A DNA stretch of 64,000 bases. Origin: a virus (lineage: Duplodnaviria > Caudoviricetes). The notes under the pieces were generated by a model. That model made no database searches. It worked only from the letters and a program-made list of their open reading frames with translations, and was not told the origin of the DNA. Location: IMG/VR virus record IMGVR_UViG_3300024229_000651. One strand, written 5' to 3'. Made by a program: the position numbers and the translations under genes. Of the stretch, positions 57,528 through 64,000 are shown piece by piece; positions within the stretch are counted from its first letter, which is position 1, and each line of letters begins with the position of its first letter.

Positions 57528-57953
57528 TTACAGTCGTTTTGCTGTTAAACCAATCTTTGCCGACGATATGCGCTTGCTATCCTTATAAACTGCACACTCG
57601 TAAAATAAATGGCTTCCTTTTTCTTTAACTAATTCCGCAGTGTATTTGAGTTTGTCTCCAGGAAAACAAGGTTCCCTAAATTTAACTTTATCCACACTTG
57701 TCACGAATGTTATTATTTTAGTTAAATCGATGTCGCCACTAGGAAGATTTTTGGCTAAGTTTAAAGCATGCAGTCCAGCAGTTTGATTCATTCCTTCAAT
57801 AAGATGCACTCCGGGCCATACCGGAATGTGGGGGAAGTGTCCTTTTAGTACAGGATGATCATGCGGAATAGTGTATACTGCTGTCACCATACCGGTAGAG
57901 AGAATATTATGTGTGTCTATAAATTTTATCGGGTCTTGATGAGGTAGATCCAT
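57528..57953 (-). CDS. fabZ: 3-hydroxyacyl-ACP dehydratase, FabA/FabZ family
   Basis: LPHQDPIKFID, GHFP..PVWPGVHLIEGMNQ, KVKFREPCFPGD. Confidence 0.88.
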   Translation of the reverse strand: MDLPHQDPIKFIDTHNILSTGMVTAVYTIPHDHPVLKGHFPHIPVWPGVHLIEGMNQTAGLHALNLAKNLPSGDIDLTKIITFVTSVDKVKFREPCFPGDKLKYTAELVKEKGSHLFYECAVYKDSKRISSAKIGLTAKRL

Positions 57954-57965
57954 TATTTTTGCCTG

Positions 57966-58691
57966 TCAGTCAACAAATGCACGTTCTAACACAAAGTCGT
58001 TCGGTTCGCCTAAGTTACCTTCGATCCATCCAATGTCTTCGAAATAATCTCTACACTGATAATTCATTTCGGGGCCGCCGCATACCATAACTCTGTCAGT
58101 ATCTTTGTTAAACCCACCGTTAGTAAATGAATCTACATGTTCCCATAGCCTACCTTTTCGTATATAGTCTTCTTGGGTGCAAGTGTCGTAATATTTAAGT
58201 GGAAATGTGTCTGCTAGTTCTGCCATTAAGTCAGTATATGTGTGTTCGGTGTGCGTTCGAGTTGTATGAACTACAGTGACCGTTTTAAACTTTTCATATG
58301 TTTCAGGGTCTCTGATTATACTTAGGAACGGTGCAAGACCGGTTCCAGTTGACAACAGGTATAGATTATCTGCTTTGGTTAAATTATCAATCGTCAGTGT
58401 GCCCGTACACTTAGGCATGACTAATACATCGTCTCCGACTTTTAAATGCTGTAAACGACTTGTAAGAGGTCCGTCTGGTACCTTAATACTGAGGAACTCC
58501 AATTCATCTTCATAGTTTGCACTTGCAATACTGTATGCCCTAAGCACTGGGCGACTGCCTTCTTCTTCTGCCGGCAACCCAATCATGGCAAACTCGCCGT
58601 TTCGGAATCTAAAACTTTTATTTCTAGTAGTTTTAAAACTAAATGTTTTATCAGTCCAGTGGTGGACCCATGTAACTTTTTCATTAAGCAT
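57966..58691 (-). CDS. fpr: Ferredoxin-NADP(+) reductase
   Basis: HWTDKTFSF, GEFAMIGL, RAYSIAS, GPLTSRL, TGTGLAPF, VCGGPEM, ERAFVD. Confidence 0.95.
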   Translation of the reverse strand: MLNEKVTWVHHWTDKTFSFKTTRNKSFRFRNGEFAMIGLPAEEEGSRPVLRAYSIASANYEDELEFLSIKVPDGPLTSRLQHLKVGDDVLVMPKCTGTLTIDNLTKADNLYLLSTGTGLAPFLSIIRDPETYEKFKTVTVVHTTRTHTEHTYTDLMAELADTFPLKYYDTCTQEDYIRKGRLWEHVDSFTNGGFNKDTDRVMVCGGPEMNYQCRDYFEDIGWIEGNLGEPNDFVLERAFVD

Positions 58692-59502
58692 TTTTAAATA
58701 ATGTCCCAGTGTTATATAAATTTTCTATATCTGACCATTGATATTCAGTGGATGCCATATAGCGTAGACTTACTCTAGTTGCATCCGTCGTTGTAACTTT
58801 ATGATAGGACGATAAATTAATAATGTACGGACAGTCATACGCATATTTTGTACCAACAATTTCAAGGTCGTCTTTCCACAAGTCCTCATCCAGAACTTGA
58901 TCTAGTGACCTAGATACTCGTATACTTTGCTCTGTTTCAGAGTCTGTATCATTTTCCATCATTTGCATCATTAATTTTTCTTCTAAATCCTGTAACCGTT
59001 TTGATGTTTTAGCAAATTCTACTTTAGTATTTTCTGCATCTTTTATATACAACGGATAATTTACAGAATAGTTATACCGAGTTCTTGGACAAAAAGAATG
59101 GTAAGACTTTTCAAACTCTTTAGTAGACCATGCTTGAGGGAAGCCTTCTCTATGCCATGGAGTGTTACCCGAAAATGTAATCAGCGTAACAGGCATCATT
59201 GTCCTGCCATGAGCTATAGGATAAATATCGCCCATTATATCTGAATTATAGGTTTTGTCGAAATGTTCCTTCATCGCATACATTATGTCTTTATCTAAAA
59301 TAAAGCCTAAAACAGACACATCGCGATATTTCTGTTGTGTTTCTTTAGCACCAATCCCCCAACCAACTTTGCCGGTCATTGTACCGCCTGGTGGGGCTGT
59401 TCTGGTTTCTAATATTTCGTAGTCTTGATCCGTAAACAAATCTGCATGTGTAAATGGTAGCGAAATATTGGGTAAATCTATAAATGCATCTTTATGCAAC
59501 AT
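58684..59502 (-). CDS. 2OG-Fe(II) dioxygenase-like (DSBH) protein
   Basis: LPFT..DLFTDQDY shared with 53998..54834; WHREG ... SVNY ... INLSSYHKV ... RVSLR. Confidence 0.55.
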   Translation of the reverse strand: MLHKDAFIDLPNISLPFTHADLFTDQDYEILETRTAPPGGTMTGKVGWGIGAKETQQKYRDVSVLGFILDKDIMYAMKEHFDKTYNSDIMGDIYPIAHGRTMMPVTLITFSGNTPWHREGFPQAWSTKEFEKSYHSFCPRTRYNYSVNYPLYIKDAENTKVEFAKTSKRLQDLEEKLMMQMMENDTDSETEQSIRVSRSLDQVLDEDLWKDDLEIVGTKYAYDCPYIINLSSYHKVTTTDATRVSLRYMASTEYQWSDIENLYNTGTLFKNA

Positions 59503-59541
59503 ATGTAATTACATCCCGTGATTGTTATCCTCATATGAGGA

Positions 59542-59617
59542 TGGTGGAGCTGGAGGGGATCGAACCCACGACCTTCTGGATGCAAACCAGACGCTCTCCC
59601 TACTGAGCTACAGCCCC
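59542..59617 (-). tRNA. tRNA-Ala (UGC), CCA encoded
   Basis: GGGGCUG acceptor, anticodon arm UCUGG-UUUGCAU-CCAGA, GUUCGAUC T-loop; 76 nt. Confidence 0.95.
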
Positions 59618-59625
59618 ATACCTTA

Positions 59626-59838
59626 TTATTTATTCGGATCTCCCCACGGGGTGGACTCTTCGATGGCATCTTGAGCACACTGTATATAGTCTTTGTCTTC
59701 CTCTGTCAACACAGACCAAAACTTGCTGACAGTAAGTGTGTGTTCATAAACTTCTAGTGGGTTTTCTAGATGGTAATCGCTTTCCATCCAGGCTTGCAAT
59801 TGATCCATTCTATCATTAATCTTTTCTTTAAGATTCAA
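59626..59838 (-). CDS. Hypothetical protein
   Basis: TTG start with AAGGA SD immediately after tRNA-Gly. Confidence 0.65.
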   Translation of the reverse strand: MNLKEKINDRMDQLQAWMESDYHLENPLEVYEHTLTVSKFWSVLTEEDKDYIQCAQDAIEESTPWGDPNK

Positions 59839-59854
59839 AACAGTTCCTTAAAGT

Positions 59855-59930
59855 TGGAGCGGGTAACGAGGCTCGAACTCGTGACCTCAACCTTGGCAAG
59901 GTTGCGCTCTACCAACTGAGCTACACCCGC
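59855..59930 (-). tRNA. tRNA-Gly (GCC), CCA encoded
   Basis: GCGGGUG acceptor, CAACC-UUGCCAA-GGUUG anticodon arm; 76 nt. Confidence 0.95.
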
Positions 59931-59936
59931 ATGTCA

Positions 59937-60224
59937 CTATTTATTTCGCTTAACCCACAGATGCCCGTTCTTCTCGGCGTCATGGAATACTGTAGCTGTG
60001 ACAAAGAATGCCCCGACAACTAACAGGTGTCCTCCCACACTGTAGATTCCGTAGTAAATCGTATAGCCTGCCCATGCAGTAAATACTGCTGACCACATTA
60101 CAGACAAATAAAACATCAGAATAAATTGTGTATACGGACTAGGAATATGACGTAATGGGTTGTACTTTAGATTAAAAAAGTAATTATAAAGATCGTAAAT
60201 TGCAAATCCAAGTTTCTTAAACAT
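59937..60224 (-). CDS. Small membrane protein
   Basis: NPLRHIP motif followed by two hydrophobic helices; AGGAG SD. Confidence 0.7.
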   Translation of the reverse strand: MFKKLGFAIYDLYNYFFNLKYNPLRHIPSPYTQFILMFYLSVMWSAVFTAWAGYTIYYGIYSVGGHLLVVGAFFVTATVFHDAEKNGHLWVKRNK

Positions 60225-60245
60225 TGATGTTACTCCTATTATGTT

Positions 60246-60335
60246 TGGCCGAGAGGGAGGGATTCGAACCCTCGGTACGTTTTCACGTACGGTTCCTTAG
60301 CAGGGAACTGGTTTCAGCCACTCACCCACCTCTCG
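60246..60335 (-). tRNA. tRNA-Ser (GCU), long variable arm, CCA encoded
   Basis: CGAGAGG/CCUCUCG acceptor, GUUCC-CUGCUAA-GGAAC anticodon arm, long variable stem; 90 nt. Confidence 0.93.
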
Positions 60336-60348
60336 TATGTAAGATTAC

Positions 60349-60377
60349 ATTATACTAGTTATCAATGTTTGTGTCAA
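60349..60377 (-). promoter_or_regulatory. Perfect sigma70 promoter TTGACA-N17-TATAAT for the tRNA operon
   Basis: Exact consensus just upstream of tRNA-Ser. Confidence 0.8.
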
Positions 60378-60406
60378 GAACTATTTAAAGTGATAAATAT
60401 AACATT

Positions 60407-61435
60407 ATGCCAAGACTTAGCCTATGGAATCAACACAAGACAAACGATCACAACTTTATAGATAATTTAGTTGGTGAGAGTATTAATGCCGGTGGAACGG
60501 GTGTATTCGTACACAAGTACATAGGCACTTACAAGGACGACACTAGTAGTAGTATTGGGTCCGGTGATACGTATATACAAGATGTACTATTCTTAGAAAA
60601 TCGAGATAGAAAGTACGATCAAAATATATACGAGTTACGTGGTGCTTATAATATTGCTGATCCCGAGTTTGACCTTACACAATTCGGTTTATTTGTTGCA
60701 GACCAAGGGCTAAGTATGACTTTTCATATGAATACCATAGCAGAAGTATTAGGTCGAAGGTTAATGCCAGGAGATGTGCTTGAGTTACCTCATCTACGTG
60801 ATGATTTATTGTTGGATGGTGGGGAAGCAGTAAACAGATTTTTTGTAGTAGGCGATGCTGGAAGACCAGCTGAAGGATATGATGCTAGATGGTGGCCTCA
60901 TTTGTGGAAGGTTAAATTAGCAAACATTACAGATAGCCCAGAGTATCGAGATATATTAGGAACAGGCGCAGAGGCTGATGATTTAAGAAACATTCTCAGT
61001 ACTTATAGCACAGAAATTGCTATATCAGACAAAGTCTTAGAATTAGCAGCAGAAGAAGTGCCGTATGACGGCGGCTATTATGAAGGTGGTCACCTTTATG
61101 TAGATCCTGACAGCCGCGACAAACCTGGTGTATATTTCCCGGGTGATGGCGAGCCGCCAAACGGTGTAAGTATTGTAGGTAGCGGTGAAACTTTTCCGGT
61201 TGCTGCTAATAACGAAGACTATTTTTTAAGAACAGACTTTTCACCTCATCGACTTTTTCAAAAGTCTGGTAATACATGGAAACGTATTAGCGACGACAAC
61301 AAGAAAGTCTGGAATGCTGCAAACCGAGTACTCACATCGTTCATTAACAATGATACTATCACAATAAATACAGACGGCACACAGAAGCCTGAGAAAACAA
61401 ATTTAAGTAAGGCTGTTAAGCCAAAGGCGGACTAG
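60407..61435 (+). CDS. Neck protein (T4 gp14-like)
   Basis: MPRLSLW, QDVLFLENRDRKYD, FDLTQFGLF, GRRLMPGDVLELPH; GATAAATA at 60392-60399. Confidence 0.85.
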   Translation: MPRLSLWNQHKTNDHNFIDNLVGESINAGGTGVFVHKYIGTYKDDTSSSIGSGDTYIQDVLFLENRDRKYDQNIYELRGAYNIADPEFDLTQFGLFVADQGLSMTFHMNTIAEVLGRRLMPGDVLELPHLRDDLLLDGGEAVNRFFVVGDAGRPAEGYDARWWPHLWKVKLANITDSPEYRDILGTGAEADDLRNILSTYSTEIAISDKVLELAAEEVPYDGGYYEGGHLYVDPDSRDKPGVYFPGDGEPPNGVSIVGSGETFPVAANNEDYFLRTDFSPHRLFQKSGNTWKRISDDNKKVWNAANRVLTSFINNDTITINTDGTQKPEKTNLSKAVKPKAD

Positions 61436-61438
61436 CAC

Positions 61439-62848
61439 ATGGATTATTGGTACGACGAACAACTAAGAAGATATCTTTTGCAGTTTATGCGAATCTTCGG
61501 AGGCTTTCAGGTTAAGGAAGGCAAGCGAGACGGTGTCGAGTACTATAATAAAGTGCCTGTTAGATATGCCGATATGAATCGAATGGTTGCTCACATACTA
61601 AAGAAGGGCAGCGAGAACATGGTAAACAGTACACCGTTTATATCTTGTAGTATTTCGTCATTACTTATCGCCCGGGATCGAGCGGCTGATCCGTTACTAG
61701 TTGACAAAGTGCAAATTGCAGAAAGACAGTATGACGATGATGCTGGGGAATATGTGGGGCAAGACGGCGAAACTAAATTTCCAGGAAATCTTTATACTAC
61801 AGATAGATACATGCCTGTTCCGTATAATTTAACCATGAACATCGACATATGGAGTGGCAACACTGATCAAAAATTACAATTACTCGAGCAAATATTAATA
61901 CTGTTTAACCCAAGCCTAGTACTTCAATCAAGTACTAACCCGTTAGACTGGACTAGTTTGTTCGAAGTCGAGTTAACAGACATTCAGTGGAGTAATAGAA
62001 GTATGCCAGCTGGTGTCGATGAGACAATCGACATTGCGACTTTAACATTCACTCTACCTATTTGGCTTAATCCGCCTGCGAAAGTTAAACGACAAAAAAT
62101 TATTAACACAATCGTTACGAATATAACAGACACTAGCAGTATCAACGACTTGGGCTATGATGAGGACATTTATGACTTTTTCAGAACCTTAGACAAGCAA
62201 TTTCAATTACATACTATTAGCCCTAACAACTATCGTCTAGAGGTTGTAGGCTCAGAAGCAACATTATATAAAGATAACGGAACAATATTAGCAAATTGGA
62301 ATGATTTATTAGAAGTTTTAAGCCCGCAAGGAAGTTCGGGAACAGCAGATACGCAAAATGTTGACCTGGACGACATACCATTAACGCCTGGCAGCACCAT
62401 TCAATTGAATTTATCTAATAATGTATACGACACAGATCAACAAATAACAGGATCTGTGGTCCGAAACACTATTGACTCAACAAAATTAATATTTACACTT
62501 GACCAAGACACATTACCTGCTAATACACTGACTAATTTAACAAGAATTGTCGACCCAGTTGCTAGTTTTCCAGGTGACGGTAACTTAGCTGCTGTAGCAA
62601 CTGGACAAAGATACTTGTTAACTAACGAAATACAAGGAAATGTCTGGGGTATTACTGCATATACCAATGACATTATCGAATATAACGGTGCTGCATGGGA
62701 TGTAGTATTTGACTCTCGTATGCAATTAGATAATACGCACTATATAGAAAACACATACACAAACAAACAATACAAATGGGAAGATGCACAGTGGACGAGC
62801 TCGCACGAGGGAATTTACAACCCGGGATACTGGATCCTAAATGTATAA
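61439..62848 (+). CDS. Tail sheath stabiliser/terminator (T4 gp15-like) with C-terminal extension
   Basis: YWYDEQLRRYLLQF, VPVRY, MPVPYNL, LEQILILFNPS, IDIATLTF..PIWLNPPAKV. Confidence 0.88.
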   Translation: MDYWYDEQLRRYLLQFMRIFGGFQVKEGKRDGVEYYNKVPVRYADMNRMVAHILKKGSENMVNSTPFISCSISSLLIARDRAADPLLVDKVQIAERQYDDDAGEYVGQDGETKFPGNLYTTDRYMPVPYNLTMNIDIWSGNTDQKLQLLEQILILFNPSLVLQSSTNPLDWTSLFEVELTDIQWSNRSMPAGVDETIDIATLTFTLPIWLNPPAKVKRQKIINTIVTNITDTSSINDLGYDEDIYDFFRTLDKQFQLHTISPNNYRLEVVGSEATLYKDNGTILANWNDLLEVLSPQGSSGTADTQNVDLDDIPLTPGSTIQLNLSNNVYDTDQQITGSVVRNTIDSTKLIFTLDQDTLPANTLTNLTRIVDPVASFPGDGNLAAVATGQRYLLTNEIQGNVWGITAYTNDIIEYNGAAWDVVFDSRMQLDNTHYIENTYTNKQYKWEDAQWTSSHEGIYNPGYWILNV

Positions 62849-63267
62849 AAGCCTGCGGTGCAGTGTTTCTGTCGCTCGACACCGGGCGTTGCCTATTACA
62901 ACTACGCAATAGTAAAAAGAAACATAGACATACCTGGGGATTTTTTGGAGGTATCATCGATTCGGGTGAATCTCCATACGAGTGTCTCCAGCGTGAGTTA
63001 ACTGAAGAGATGGGTTTTGTCCCAGAATTGCATAAACTAAATCCACTCGATACATATCAAAGCAAAGACAAGAGATTTATGTACTATAGTTTTGCATACA
63101 TAGTAGATAAAGAGTTTATGCCAACATTAAACAACGAGAGTGCTGGGTATGCTTGGGTAAACATAGGTGTATGGCCCAAACCGTTACACGAAGGATGTAA
63201 AGCAACACTAGAAAGGAATTCTGGGACTACTAAACTACACACTATACTGTCTATTAATAACCAATAA
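62845..63267 (+). CDS. NUDIX hydrolase (start codon ambiguous)
   Basis: Nudix box GGIIDSGESPYECLQRELTEEMG; see the finding on the start anomaly. Confidence 0.88.
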   Translation: MKACGAVFLSLDTGRCLLQLRNSKKKHRHTWGFFGGIIDSGESPYECLQRELTEEMGFVPELHKLNPLDTYQSKDKRFMYYSFAYIVDKEFMPTLNNESAGYAWVNIGVWPKPLHEGCKATLERNSGTTKLHTILSINNQ

Positions 63268-63275
63268 ATAGTAGC

Positions 63276-63899
63276 ATGAAAGAAATAATTGATTTCACTG
63301 CTGCTCGTATAGAGGCAGAGTTAAACAAATTTCAAAAAAACAAGCGTATACCAACTGTATTTATAGATGGTACTTACACCATTGCTGATGTAGAAAGCGT
63401 ATTTGATAAATTATCAAAAAAACATCAGCGCATTGCAATAAAGTTCATAGACCATTTCAAAGAAAATATTGCAGAGAGTTCTGAGCAACTATCGGAGAAC
63501 TTTTTTAAAGATTACCAATCGTTTATACAAGATCAGCGGACTAGAGATGATGGTTGGGCATTTCCAGCAGTTATGTCTAGGTTTAGAGACAATATTAATC
63601 CGGTTAGGGCAGTAATATACGATGCTAGAGAAATAGTGAGATCGTATTCTAGTGAAAATCCGCGACACATTTGGATGCATGCTATACTTACAGAAAATGA
63701 ATTTCATAACAGGCTGTTAGATGCGATTATAACTGACCGAAAGCGAGTAGATAAGATTTTAAATGCATACTTACCGTTGTATAATGGAGCAGATTTGCCC
63801 GAGCCATTACAAATGATACATCTTCGAAGATTACGAACAGATTTATTAGAATATGCAAACACTATTATAGAATTAAAAAACTGGGAACCGGAAGAATAA
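63276..63899 (+). CDS. Hypothetical protein
   Basis: AATAAATA 5 nt before the ATG. Confidence 0.7.
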   Translation: MKEIIDFTAARIEAELNKFQKNKRIPTVFIDGTYTIADVESVFDKLSKKHQRIAIKFIDHFKENIAESSEQLSENFFKDYQSFIQDQRTRDDGWAFPAVMSRFRDNINPVRAVIYDAREIVRSYSSENPRHIWMHAILTENEFHNRLLDAIITDRKRVDKILNAYLPLYNGADLPEPLQMIHLRRLRTDLLEYANTIIELKNWEPEE

Positions 63900-63900
63900 T

Positions 63901-63999
63901 TTATTTTGTGGTTGCTATAAATATTCCGTCCCAGTCTGCAGGCAACTCTTGTGTTTTCATATACTCGCAACGCTCAATCCACATGTCGTAGTAACCTGC
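63901..63999 (-). CDS. C-terminal fragment of a probable class III adenylate/guanylate cyclase (gene extends beyond the window)
   Basis: AGYYDMWIERCEYMKTQELPADWDGIFIATTK* matches the ..ERC...P.DWDG.f.atsK tail of CHASE2-type cyclases. Only 32 aa are visible. Confidence 0.5.
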   Translation of the reverse strand, partial: AGYYDMWIERCEYMKTQELPADWDGIFIATTK

Positions 64000-64000
64000 C

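Noticed and set aside
59478-59678. 66-aa ORF spanning tRNA-Ala
   Set aside because: It reads through a perfect tRNA cloverleaf and has no RBS, so it is an artefact.
1-64000. Alternative genetic code (stop recoding) as in some jumbo phages
   Set aside because: Core genes are full length under the standard code; TAA, TAG and TGA all end genes at expected positions; no suppressor tRNA in the window.

Overview
This window is an AT-rich, densely coding segment of a large contractile-tailed dsDNA phage with T4-related core genes. Gene content and order resemble RaK2/GAP32-type jumbo phages (inference), and the auxiliary genes point to an aerobic Gram-negative, probably aquatic, host. Almost all genes are on the minus strand. 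Core genes: gp41-like helicase, primase, clamp-loader small subunit, UvsW/UvsX/UvsY, gp32, ThyX, dNMP kinase, terminase large and probable small subunits, gp4, gp13, gp14, gp15, tail tube and tail sheath. There are three tRNAs (Ala-UGC, Gly-GCC, Ser-GCU). Auxiliary genes: alternative oxidase, Fe/Mn SOD, MDR oxidoreductase, ferredoxin-NADP reductase, FabA/Z, MtnN plus APRT, and a TonB-dependent receptor. Best leads: (1) a ~16-kb late cluster whose proteins share an N-terminal leader resembling the T4 capsid-targeting sequence, including an SOD, a KxDG ligase-like protein and a 1693-aa amidoligase/nuclease polyprotein, which suggests a virion-packaged enzyme payload; (2) late promoters (xATAAATA) repeatedly placed 5 nt before ATG, implying leaderless late mRNAs; (3) a 191-aa miniature DnaE; (4) an H-type pseudoknot next to a terminator upstream of the TonB receptor; (5) RBS-occluding leaders; (6) dispersed paralog families (2OG-Fe(II)-like x3, SGNH-like x3, glycosyltransferase-like x2). 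All assignments come from reading motifs by eye; no searches were run.
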